Shown here one piece after another: positions 39,259-51,477 of a stretch of DNA of 64,000 bases. Each line of letters starts with the position of its first letter. Positions within the stretch are counted from its first letter, which is position 1. Origin of the DNA: Octopus vulgaris (taxonomy: Eukaryota). The DNA lies in the NCBI GenBank assembly GCA_951406725.2, contig OX597827.1, positions 34,844,001 to 34,908,000 on the forward strand, given 5' to 3'. The translations under genes were made by a program, and so were the position numbers. The notes below the pieces were generated by a model. It made no database searches and was not told where the DNA came from. It was given only the letters and a program-made list of their open reading frames with translations.

Positions 39259-40912
39259 AAAATAGCATTAAAACCAATATGGAACAGGAAAACATATGTG
39301 ACGCGAGGAAGACGCTTTGGCACTATTGAAGTGCGTTTTGCAACAGAGGAAGAAGCAAAACAGCATTCCACAATGCCACTAAAAACTGAAGAATTTTTGG
39401 GGGTCCTTTCTCAGCAGTGCCACCACCCTTCGACAAACGAAAGTGGGAATTTTCCCATTCTGCTGCCAGTTGCAGTAAACGTTTGCTAAGAAGTCCGCAA
39501 ACAAGTCTGGCATCGAAGTAGAAAGCTCGTAGGGCAGACCATGGAAACCCAGCGATCTACCTCTCGTGCAACTCTTCATCGCTTCCTGTATCTCCGCGGC
39601 TGTTATCGGTCATTTGCAGCACTCCGCCTCGCTCGCCGAGAGTCGTTGCATTCCGTCCATCCACACACCGAAGTCTGCCCTGTTGTCCGTCCTACTATTC
39701 ATCCCGAACAGTCGAGCAGAGTGCCGCTGAAAAGCCGCAAACATCTGTTTCGGTTCGAACACCACGCATCCGCTCTTGTTGCTTCTGTTCCATCTCTTTG
39801 TATTTGGAGCAGTCGACCTTGATGTGCTGAACGCTTTCACAAAAGTAGCACCTGGGCCTCCTGCCCTCCACGGCTCCGTGTAGTCTCGCAACGTCCGGTA
39901 AGTTTATGGAGTCAAGAATAGAATTTAGGGCTTCTTGTTCAATTTGAACGAGGAGCTCCAATTCCTAGCCCGTCCAATTTTGTTGGTGCAATATATGCAC
40001 CTCCACTATTGTGGCGGTATCCTCTATATCAAAGAGGACACCCGCTACCAGCCAGCATATATTTATTTCGGGGGGTACCTCCCCAATTTTTATTTTTGTA
40101 ACACGCCGGCCCAGGTATATCGGCACGAGCAGGAATTCTTCAGTATTTAGAGGCATTGTGGAATGCTGTTTTGCTTCTTCCTCTGTTGCAAAACGCACTT
40201 CCACAGTGCCGAAGCGTCTTCCTCGCGTCATATATGTTTTCCTGTTCCATATTGGTTTTAATGCTATTTCTAATTGCTGTTGAGTCGCTTGCTCAACTTT
40301 TTTTTAAATATCTAATGTTCGGTAGATCAACGTTTTTTTTTTTTTCTGCGTATCCTTTACCAGTTCTTGTGGGGTGTTAAGGAAGATATTATTCTCTTAC
40401 TTCCTTAACAACCCATTTACATTTTTAAGTCATCGGTAGTTAACTGAATTAATTGCCTGTTTTGTTTCGCCGCCGAGGTGAAACCGTTACCCCTTGGTTT
40501 GTCGTTGTAGTTCCTGTTTGACATTTCTTTTTTGTCTGTGTTCATGTTGGTGTTGGCGGTATTTTCCTGACTTTTTTCTTATTTTTCTATGTTAATAGTG
40601 GTGTTGGTTCTTGTGCTGTTCAGAGGAGAGGAAATCTTCGCAGTACTGGCCGTCATAACAGCCATTGTCACTCCCCTCGACAGAGGAAGCCATCTTGTTC
40701 TTCGTTCGACGAAAGACAAAAAAATATTTTTAATGGACAAAAAGTCCAAAATTCGCCTTTAAATGAGGAAACTTTTCAACAAAAGAACCCCTTCTGCACA
40801 CCATAAGAGGTTCAGGAAACAAAATCAAACAAACAAAACAGTCAAGAACCTTCAAAAAGCTACAACAAAATCCCAACTTACGTAGCACTCAAAACACGTC
40901 TTACCTCGCCGA
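39259..40912 (-). mobile_element. Rearranged Tx1/L1-type LINE: 5' UTR, ORF1 (RRM-like plus CCHC knuckle) fused to an ORF2 RT piece
   Basis: FGTVEVRF and CYFCESVQHIKVDC in ORF1; GLPYE..PDLF..NWQQNGKIP..LLRKDP in RT. Confidence 0.75.
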
Positions 40913-40929
40913 CAACAACAGCAATAATA

Positions 40930-40978
<49 letters not shown>

Positions 40979-40979
<1 letters not shown>

Positions 40980-42430
40980 CTCATACTAAAAACTGAACTC
41001 AACTCTAAAAATCGCATCGATACCATTAACACTCTGGCATTTCTAGTCGTCCAGTATAGTTTTAACATCATTAACTGGAATTTTACAGAGCTCCAATGCC
41101 TGGACAGGAAGACAAGAAAAATATTAACTTCTAAGAACATGCACCACCCAAAACCAGACGTTGATCGTCTGTACCTACCTAGAGGTAATAGGGGAAGAGG
41201 AATGATGCAGATAGAACTGTGCTATAAGACTTTCACAATAGTACGCCGGGTGAAATGCGTAGCGGTATTTCGTCCGTCTTCACATTCTGAGTTCAAATTC
41301 CGCCGAGGTCGACTTTGCCTTTCATCCTTTCGGGATCGATAAATTTAGTACCAGTTGCGTACTGGGGTCAATATAATTGACTCACCCCCTCCTCCAAAAC
41401 TTCGGGCATTGTGCCTAGAGTAGAAAAGTACAGAGGATTAAGCGCAATGACTTAATTTCGTGTGCAAATACGAAAGCATCAAAAAGTCACATTTGATTGT
41501 CAAAGGAAGCTTGCAAATTCGCAAGGTAACTTGGCATTAACCCTAAAATAGTTGAAGAACCTGAAACCACTGTCACAAAACAAGCATACTGGATCAAGCA
41601 AACTGCAAAAAGTACGGGCAAAAACAAATTGAGCAAAAACAAATGGATCCAGAAGCCTCTGCATGGACATTATATACTTCGAAGTCGAAATGCTGATGTA
41701 GATCAAGCAACAACCCATCGGTGGCTGAGAAGTTCAGGACTAAATGCAGAGACTGAAGGTTTCATATTGGTGGCACAAGGCCAAAGCTTGCTCACAAAAA
41801 AAAAAAAAAAACAAACAAAAAAACTATCAGGCTGACTTTCTTCAAAACGGTTCTAACCTTAAAAGCAGATTCTGCGACACATTTGACGAAACAATAGACC
41901 ATCTCGACTCGGGATGTCCCGTGTTGGCACCAAACGAATATAAAACTGCCACGATAGGGTAGGACAGTATGCCAATATACATAAATAGAGTGATCAAGGC
42001 TACTATGTTAGATATTGTTGTCAGAGGCCCCCCCCCCCCCCAAAAAAAAGCATGCCTTCTAATTGGAATATCAGTCCCAAGAAATGATAATGTAGCTCTA
42101 AAAGAAACAGAAACTCTCAAAATAGCATTAAAACCAATATGGAACAGGAAAACATATATTGGAAAATATGTAAACACTACAAAATCGGCACTCCTACTTA
42201 CTGGTACGAACATCATCCTGATCTAGTCGTTGAAGGTAAAAATGTCACTATCCTCTGGGATTTTCCAGTCAACAGTAATAGCACTACTAGGCACCGCGCA
42301 CATCCTACGTAAAACACTTTCAATACAGTAAAAATAAGAGAATCACAACAAACCACAGCGCATACCCAAGGCACACAGCACTGTGCAGGGTAGTGCAGTG
42401 AAAACACGTGATAAGAATAAGACTACTGAA
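40979..42430 (+). mobile_element. Second R4/Dong-clade fragment with its 3' end, flanked by (AAT)n, interrupted by a SINE (41240-41425)
   Basis: MHHPKPDVDRLYLPR..GRG, KPLHGHY, WLRSSGLNAETEGF, C..FDETIDHL.SGCPVLA, TILWDF. Confidence 0.8.
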
Positions 42431-42459
42431 TAATAATAATAATAATAATAATTGATCAG

Positions 42460-45400
42460 AGTCCCACCCATGCCAGCTTCGTTACCCACCCTCTCTATGA
42501 TATAGCACATAAAATGGAGGTTATCGTGTATAGTCCTGGTTGGGATGGCGCATGTTTGCGCCTCGCCGATACTCAATTTGCCCCCCCCCATATCGCTAAG
42601 TTGAGTTACTGGGCATGATGATGATGCGAGATATGCACAAAGGCTGCGTCATCTCCTACAATTCTTTGACATTGAACAGATGTGATTGACGTTTGTCAAA
42701 CGCATTTTTCTACAACACATCTCTTTGAAAACTGTCGTCCTGAATAAGGCTAAGATCGAGACAGAGCGCTCGGTATCTGAAATGTTGAGAAGTGCTTACA
42801 GCCATCTGACAGGGTAATGTGGTCGGTGGAAGTTTCATGTTGGAATTCTAAAGGGAATTAGTGATAGACAAACACAACAGCAGTCTAGGAGAATTTCAGG
42901 TCAACGACGAAAACCAACCGGCTTGTCTGTTCGGGAGACTTTCGGGCCGGAGCCCGTAGATAATTTTAAAAAATCCCTAACCAGACAGTACTGCCATGGG
43001 GCATTGCCGGTCTGAGATAAACTCTACAAGTATGAAAGTGTCGTCAGCCGTGTCTGTCCGAGATGTACGCAGAGGGATGAAACCGTTGTGCTCACACTCG
43101 TTCAGTGTCCGAGCTTGACTGGTGGAGTTATGTCGAAAAGCAACTATCACAGAGAGGATGGATTCGGCTTCAACTGAGACTGTTGTGAAGATCGTCCTGT
43201 CACGTTCCTTTGGTCTGGAAAGGTAGACAGTCTTGTGACATTGTCGAAAGAGGCGGAGTGGTGGACGATATTGAAGTGGGTGCAGACAGGTACTTTCTTC
43301 TTTGGCCAAGCCGGCATCAAGTTTCACTTAAAAAGGAAAATATGGGCGGAGAGGGAAGTTGAAATTTGATAGAAGACGCGAATGAGAGTGATGAACATGG
43401 TCCGACTAAACGGTCTTGTGCTGAGCATACGCCTGCAGACTAGAGAAGAACAGTCGAGAGCGGGAACATTAGCCTTATTGGCCACGGTGACCGTGGTTTT
43501 GTGGAGTTTCGTCCAGTAGCCCAAGGAAGACTTTCAACACTTTGATGGAATTATTTGAATCTTATATTTTCGTTGCTTTTTGGTTTTACCCATTTTTATA
43601 TTCTGACCAGCGGGCCCGTCCCATCTACAAAAAAGCGGAAGAGTAAGGTGCTCCAATCTGATCGGACGTGAACTGGGGCAAGGCACGACGCTAAGTATAG
43701 TAGACGATGGATACGATGTAGGCGTTCGCTACCTCTGCCTAACGTTTCAGGGATAACTTCTTGCTTGTCACCGTCTTTGTCACCTTGTCCTATTTCTCCA
43801 ATTAGAGATCTGAATCAAACCAGACACCGAGCAATTTAAATGGTCCGTTCGTCTATCTCTCCATGACGCTACTGGACGGCATGGACCTATCTCTTCAGGT
43901 GCTGAGTTGCAGCTTCACCATTTTTCCTTGATTGATTGTAGCTTCCATCAGTGCCTTGAAGTTTTCGAGCGGTGCTGATCACCTCGATGTACTTGAATGA
44001 ACTTGCTTCTAACACCATGAAATTTACGTCGTCCCCAAATGCCGATAAGGATCTTTTGCATCCCAGTGCGCGTGAGCTGCCTCTCAACGACTCGAGCTTC
44101 TGTAGTAGTGGTCGATCCTCAATACCCACAAAAGAGACGCAAAGGGACGATCTTGAAGCACCGAGAGTATGATACTGACTGGTTCCGATAGGTGGCCAGT
44201 CACTCTTACCACCGAGCTGATGTCGCTGTACATTGCGGCGATCTGACCAGCGGAACCTGTTCCCTCCAGAGAAAGTGGAAGAACAAGCGCTCCAGTTTGG
44301 TCGGTCATGAAACAGAGCAAGCACAACAGTCAGGTGTTAAATGATGTATGGATACAATGTGGCATTCACCAATTCCGCACGTCTCTTCAGAGATAGCTTC
44401 CACTCGGGCCCATTTCTGGATGTGATTTATCACTCCACTCGTCACCACGCCCCAATTCTTGTTCACTTGATCTGTATCAAACTGGACCCCGTGCAATTCA
44501 ACCGATTCGTCTAGCGCTTCACGACGCTGTCGGGTGGCATGGATCTACCTCTCCAGGCCCACCAAGATTTTCTGGTTAATTTTTACTCCTGTAACCGCTT
44601 CATACATTCTCAGAGCTGTGCCGCTCACCTAGTTGTATTTGGTGTCCGACGCTATAACGGGGATGCCATTCACATATGCAGACACAGTTCTCCCACATCC
44701 TAGTTCACAGGAATACTCCTCGAAACCTCTAATTTCTGCAATAGTGGCTGAAGCGCATGATACTGAACGGTTCCGATAGATCCAGTTACTCTCACCACTG
44801 AGTAAATGTCGCTATACATTTCAGTAGGCCAACCTCTGAAGACGGGATCGAAATCAACCGCCGTGAGGACAGCCGCCAAGTATTGATGGCTAATCCTATC
44901 GAATGTTTTCGACTACCTAAACTGATGATGGTCCCATCCATATCAGGTTCTTTACTTACTCTTTCTATGACGTATCGCGTGAGGTGGAAGTCATCGTGGA
45001 GAGATCTGTTTGCTATGGTACATATCTGTGTGTCTCAACAGATCATCGATGAGAAGTGCCAAACTCTTCGCTAACATTTCGGCCAAAATCTTCAGTTCTG
45101 CATTTATTGGCATGAAGTTGTTAAAATCATCTACCTTGTTTGGGTCGTTTCTCAGTAGTGTCACCATATCTCGTTTTGCAAAACTGGCAATTCTTCCGTT
45201 CTGCTACTGACATCTGCCCGAACACGTTTGGCATTATAGAGATAAAACTCGTAGGGCAGTCCATCCAGCTTTGGTGATTTCTCTCTCGTGCAGCCAATCA
45301 TCGCTTCCTGTATTTTATTAGCTGTTATCGGCCTTTCACGTAATTCCGCGTTTCCAACTGAGAGAAGGCTAAAAAGACGTCGAGGTAGGCAATAAAATTC

Positions 45401-46930
45401 ACCCCCATTTTCCGTTCACCGTCCACCCCAAACATTTGAGAAGTACCAGGGAAAAGCCCTACGCGTCTGCTTGGAATCTTATAGCACACACCCATCCCGA
45501 TTGGTCAAAGACTGAATTGTGGCTTTGTTGACACGTGGACCCTTTGCCTGCACCATTTCCAGTGCCCATCTAATGGTTCTGACAATGCAACCTTCATGAA
45601 GAATTGATTAAGGGCCAATTTCGCGCGTGTATCTCTACATATAGCTTTCCAAAACACCTCTTTGAGATTTATAACTAGCTGTCCCTCTATTCTAAAATGC
45701 TCTGTCACCATTTCCTTACTAAACCTTATCGGTTTATAAACCTTATCGATTCATAATCCCGTTCAGGACTAACCACAATCAGTTGTCGACGGTCACTCCC
45801 GTCAACTTCCTCTTAACTAATTCTATAATCCTTTCTCCGTAAACATGACATGCCGAAAAAATGCGTTCAGTTTCCAGTAATTGGGTCCCTGTCTAGCAGC
45901 TCATCTAGGTCGACCGTACAGATCACAAATTTGTGACCTGTGTAACCGACAACTTCGAAATGTGAACATTTTATGCTAACCGTATCTACTGGCCTACAGA
46001 ATACTCTGTCTAGAGTTTTCTGTGTGATTCGATGCTGTTTGACCGCGTTCACAGTGGCACATTCGCAAAATCAAGTCGATACCTCTCCGACAGATGGAAA
46101 CCTTTGTGCACGTTTTTTGCAACCCAGTAAAGTTTCGCGATCTCTCAACATAATGTATGCCAATATTCATCAGCAGTCTAGCTCTGATAGGACTCCCTGC
46201 ATTGTTATCTTTACTGCTCTTCTTCCCAAACAAACGAGAAATATAGTGAAGTTCTCATGTCGGCCGAGTGACCACTGTATATTGTACAACGAGAATCTCA
46301 GCCTTAAATAGGACCGTGATTCCACCGAACTGCGTTGCTCTCAATATATCCGATGTCCTGCCATACATCGCAAAGGGCTTTTGTATCTGCACATTCGTGA
46401 CCATCTCTGGGTGACGGTTAAACTCACGATGCGAATTTTATCACTGTTTCTAGCGATACATAACTGTCTTCTTAGCTAGGGTGTCACGATGAAGCGCAAG
46501 CTCGGCTTTTCTCCTTCTCAATTTTCCTAAATCGAGCGGTGTTTTCTAATTTTTCACCATTCATCTTCTAGGATAAACTATCTAAGGAAACCTCTGTAGT
46601 GGCTTCATGCAGACATGGCATGGATTCTATCCTCAATTACCGAATTTCACTTAACAGTTCAACCGCACTTTTCTCACGGTAAAACATTTGTTTTCTGTGA
46701 GTGACAGCAGTTACATTTGCCAGATGCCTTCGCTAATCAGAATAATGTCATTGCCACCTGAGCCTTCTAACCTCTTCTAGGCCACCAAAAGCTAGAATAG
46801 AGATAACAGACCGCCAACGAAATCTGTTGTTCTCAACAATATGTCTATCCTTCTGGCTGGTTTTGGATAGTTATAAAAACAAAAACTCCGCAAGCCAAAG
46901 TCAGTTAATGAGAATCGAGTCAGGCTGACC
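42460..46930. mobile_element. Scrambled, decayed Tx1/L1-type ORF2 fragments (mostly minus; C-terminal part plus at ~42900-43400)
   Basis: QTCAIPTRTIHDNLH, SAFGDDV, SPKLDGLPYE, HFEVVGYTGHKFV, GALPV..CPRC..DET motifs. Confidence 0.7.
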
Positions 46931-46949
46931 GGCTGAACAAAACGCCGTC

Positions 46950-47194
46950 TCTGAAGGAAAAGGCACAAAGGGATAACTACGGTAACTCACCAACGAAGCA
47001 AGTGTTTCGTCCCACCACTCTCACTTTCACTAACACACTTTCTTTTCTCTTGCCATATCTCTCTGTATCATCCGTCGTGGTATGGCATATATCAAAGTAA
47101 CGGTAAATAAATATTTCTTTACAACTTCGATCACTGTTCTTCGTTCATCTTTCACATCTTACAACATGCCGCTACAATAACAACAACTGTTACA
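46950..47194 (+). mobile_element. LTR-like 3' part (R-U5) ending TGTTACA
   Basis: AATAAA at ~47106, terminal ...TGTTACA, 2-nt spacer, then tRNA-Trp PBS. Confidence 0.55.
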
Positions 47195-47196
47195 AT

Positions 47197-47232
47197 TGGT
47201 GACCCCGACGTGATTCGAACATGCAGCCTTCT
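47197..47232 (+). other. tRNA-Trp primer-binding site extended to 36 nt (antisense copy of tRNA 3' half with CCA)
   Basis: Reverse complement AGAAGGCTGCATGTTCGAATCACGTCGGGGTCA-CCA matches the metazoan tRNA-Trp 3' half as recalled, with one transition. Confidence 0.8.
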
Positions 47233-47582
47233 ATTGCGACAAGAGCCGTTACAAAGGCAACAAAGAATAGCCCAATCGTTACACTTCGCAATTGTTGGTG
47301 TTGTTGTTGCCGCTGGTGGTCTTGCTACTGCTGCTTCTGCTCCTATAGTTACCTTATCTTTGCCACTTCTGTCGAGGAGAGAGATCAAATCGATTGCATC
47401 GACCCCCAGTACTTGACTAGTTCTTTATTTTCTCGATACTGACAAAACCGACAGCAACATAAGTTGAAGAAGTACCACAAAACATTTTGCTCGACGCTAA
47501 TGATTAGCAAATGTTCAACTGTTCCCACAACTTTTTATAAATACTTAAACTATGACTATTTTCCTTTATAGAAGCAGAGACC

Positions 47583-47996
47583 GGATCATTTCGGTTTGAA
47601 CGGCAGTTTTTTCTAGCGGTGTCATATGAAATTGTCACCCATAATTATGACCCTAGAATCGTTCTATTGCATTTCAATCTCTTTTAGGGTTAGGGTTAGG
47701 GGTGGGGGAAGGGTATCTTTTTTTCTTCACAAATGTAAATAAACCCAATCTGTTTCTTAAACGAGGGACATATTCATACGGCACAGAATACTTTTTAACA
47801 CAATAGACGTCACTGATTGGTTGAAATTGCAGAAATTGAAGAAAAAACAACAAATATCTTACAAACTATAGAATTTTTTCGATAAAGCCAAGAGAAAAAG
47901 ATGTTTTATAAACACATTCTACCAGTATACGAAGTTTAAAATTTTTTAGTTACCTAGAAATTATGTTAAAAATTGCCGTTCAAACCGAAAAGATCC
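47583..47996. mobile_element. 414-bp MITE, probably Merlin superfamily
   Basis: ~28-bp TIRs starting GG (GGATCATTTCGGTTTGAACGGCAG / TTGCCGTTCAAACCGAAAAGATCC); perfect 8-bp TSD CAGAGACC. Confidence 0.8.
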
Positions 47997-48669
47997 CAGA
48001 GACCACCGTTCTGTTTCCGCTATTGATTTCTGTTGTCTCAACAACAGAATTTCATTAAAAACCAACAGAATAATTGCCTCCAGTCACTGTCATCAAATTC
48101 CTTTTCATCAACAAACTCATTAGCCTAAGGACCTACACTACAACGTACGAATGTAGGTACATGGTCAACATGTAAGGGATGACCTAGCGTTAAATAATAG
48201 CAGCAGCAACAACAACAACAACAACAACAACAATAAGAACAACAGCAGCGACAGCATCTTCAATAACAGGCATACAAAGAACGACTGGATTGCAGAGGAA
48301 TCCCAAGACTACAATATTTCACTCAATGCGATTTATCACGGTTTAAGAACGCCGTGTCATTCTCAATTGGATCAGAGCAATGTTCGTCTGGTGAACAAAT
48401 ATAGTGTAGATCGCACCATGTCAGCCGACTGGTCACCCTTATATGGCATTTGTTTGTTGTATCGGGAATGAAATAACAATATGAACAACTAAATAGCATA
48501 TACTTCCATATATCCTCTACAATTGTACATTTCTTTAACACTTACTGAACTTTTCCAGTCATTCTGCTTTCCACCTCAAATTTGGTTAATGTCGATGATA
48601 TTAACTAAATTTCATTGATACTAATCAAATTTCGTCGATACTAACCAAATTTCATCACTCACCCAAATA

Positions 48670-49000
48670 ATTCTCTTCTGATTTCAATGCCCAAAATTTT
48701 CTCTGGATTTCCTCTCCTTCGCAATCACATAAATTAATTCGAACTATTTCCCCCGTCTTCCCTTGATAATTATTTCCTTTATTCTTATTTTGGATCACTC
48801 ATCTCAAATCCTTAACACATTTCGCATCAGTTGCGTAGATAGAGTGTGTGCCACTCGAGTAGCCCTTGAATTTGCCGCCCCTCTTTGGGTCCTTAAGCCT
48901 ACACAGATTTATACAGCCGAACCAAAAGTACTGCCCCCACCATAAAAACATTGCCCGGAGTTGACTCCCTCCCAGCTAAGCTACTGTTTTACATCATCCT
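48670..49000 (+). mobile_element. Decayed CR1-like endonuclease remnant
   Basis: DFNA and ILD motifs in broken frames. Confidence 0.3.
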
Positions 49001-49975
49001 CATTTATAACTCTTAATTTTACCCCCTCTCCCTCTCACCTCCACACCCATTGCTCCTTTAGTCACTGTCTTCTTGTTACCATCACTCAACAGCCAACCAT
49101 CTGCTAGTCTAATATTTTGCTTATTGAAATATGTTCTTCAGTCGGACTTTAGGGTAGGTTATACTTGATATAAATCTACGTTTTGTCTCACTCACCCTCA
49201 AGAGCCAACCATAACGGTTGTTGTTTTTTTGCCTCAGGTCAACTCTGATCGAATAACCGTAACCACCACGTCGTTTTACGGATAGGTCTAGGAATTACAT
49301 TGCTTATTGTGTCTTTTCCTTATTTGATATGATAAGGATGTGATTTAAAGGAGATAGGGCTATGTTTACTTGATCGAATAAGTAATCCAATGAACCCAAA
49401 CCCGGCTGCTATTGACAATACTAGTAAATGCTTTAGTCACTGTTTCCAGTGTATCCGAGGCAATAACTCTCGTCCAAGCGTGTGGCTGACGGCGAGTACA
49501 CATCAGTGACAAGGCCCAAGAAGGCCGAAATGCATCTGGCATTCTCGCAAGATGCTGCCAGGACGATTTTCCGCCTCTCTACAATCTATATTGTATTTTT
49601 AAACTCAGCACATATTTAAAAGATTTTATATTTATCTGTGGTGCACTTGAGCACTGTATACAATAATTTCATTATTATAAGAAGTCATTATTATCTTGGA
49701 CGAAAACCGCAGTACATTAAATATAACATACTGATGGCTATTGAAATATCTACATTCATTTATCGAACTAATTAGAATGGAGAGATTTTCAGTTGATCAT
49801 GCCATCATTTTATTTACTAATATTACCTTCAAAAACACCTTAAAACACTGTAATGTCGTAGATTATACTACTCTTCATACCTTCTCACTACCTATACTTT
49901 TCCTTTCTCCTCACTTTTATTTAAACCTAGCCCCACTTACACTCTCCCAGTACTCCGGTCTCTATTCTGTCTACC

Positions 49976-50019
<44 letters not shown>

Positions 50020-50249
50020 ACTTTCTCTCTTCACACACCTTCATCACCTTCATCTTTTCTTTAATCTATGCCACATTTCTTGTAGACGTCGACTCCAATT
50101 CACTTCAGGTTGTGCGAAATGACATTGTGCACGCAAATGTTCTGTGTCCTGCATAAATTCACGGACACGTACTATGTGGGTCTGACCATCAGGATCGAAC
50201 GACCCCACGGGGTTAAAAAAAAAAAGTTCAGTAACGTGTTGATCTGTTC

Positions 50250-50950
50250 GACGAAAACAATGGCCTGCGAATTTTAGCCGTCTTTGATCATCTATGTTTG
50301 ATTATCTGGCTGACGGGCGGTAAAGATCTATATAGTGACTTGTTTGATGACTAAGAGATGATAAAGGCTATGACAGAAGTCGAATGTATGTGCCACCTAG
50401 TGAGCATTGTTGTGCCACCGTAAGAGGACAATATTCAGAGTCGTAGACGCGAACAGATTCTACTGTAGCACGAAACAGGCGTAGTTTTAGGTCAGTGACA
50501 GTTGTGGTGCTTCCCATACTTTCCATAACTTATCGGATGCTGGCCGTTTTATCGCTTCACCAATGTTAACATCTGTACTGGCAGAGCGAATACGAGAATT
50601 TAGGTAACAGAAATCGGCAACTGATTCAATGGGCCCTGAAGAAAGCGTAAGGTCATCCACACCAGCATTTTCACTAATGATTATCTTTGTCTTTGAGTGG
50701 TTTATTGAGAGACTAACTTCAATGGCAGCAAACTTCGGGTTTGTGAGGAGAGTTCGAGCATTTGTGATTATATGTGAGACGAGTACGACGTCATGTTGGA
50801 AGTCGAGGTCGGTGAGGTATGATCCTGGACGACGTGAACCTTGGCGGGGACAGACAGTTATGCCCAGCTCAGATACCATAACGTGTCGTAGTACCTAATC
50901 AAAGACTATAAAGAAAAGGAAAGTAGCTAAGGTTATTCCCCTGGAGAACT
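50250..50950 (-). mobile_element. Decayed RTE-type RT fragment (different family)
   Basis: LTDLDFQHDVVLVS, LSINHSKTKII, IESVADFCYL motifs in ORF 50487-50879. Confidence 0.7.
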
Positions 50951-51007
50951 CTTGTGTTAAATACGAATGTATTGGTGTCTCTGTCAGGGGTGCTTACAAA
51001 ACTTTTG

Positions 51008-51135
51008 CATCATCATCATCATCATCCGCAACATCGTCATAGTCCTCCTCGTCCTCCTCGTCCTCCTCCACGTCCTCTTCATCCTTCTCATCGTCATCGT
51101 CGTCGTCGTCCTCCTCCTCCTCCTCACCACCACCA

Positions 51136-51167
<32 letters not shown>

Positions 51168-51175
51168 TCATCATC
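51008..51175. repeat. Compound trinucleotide microsatellite (CAT/CCT/CGT/CAC)
   Basis: Directly visible. Confidence 0.9.
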
Positions 51176-51425
51176 TCTCCTGTCTTCAGTAATTACTCTC
51201 AGTCTGCTTTATATTCCTCTCAACCCCTTTCACTCTCCATCCACCCATCTTTTCCCTTTCGTCTTATACCGTTTTTTCCCCTTTTCCCATCTTAAGTAGT
51301 ATCTGTCACTCCATCTCCCTACTTTTGCTCTCAAACTAGATCGACCCCTCTTTTCACCAATAATCTCTGGCCTTTCAATGTATTAAAAAATTAAAAACAA
51401 ACAAAAAAATGAATATAAATACATG

Positions 51426-51474
<49 letters not shown>

Positions 51475-51477
51475 TTA

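Noticed and set aside
47197-47232. Functional tRNA-Trp gene
   Set aside because: Only the 3' half is present, with encoded CCA; no D-arm or anticodon
50954-51299. His/Pro/Ser-rich ORFs (also 61919-62293)
   Set aside because: Trinucleotide microsatellite translations
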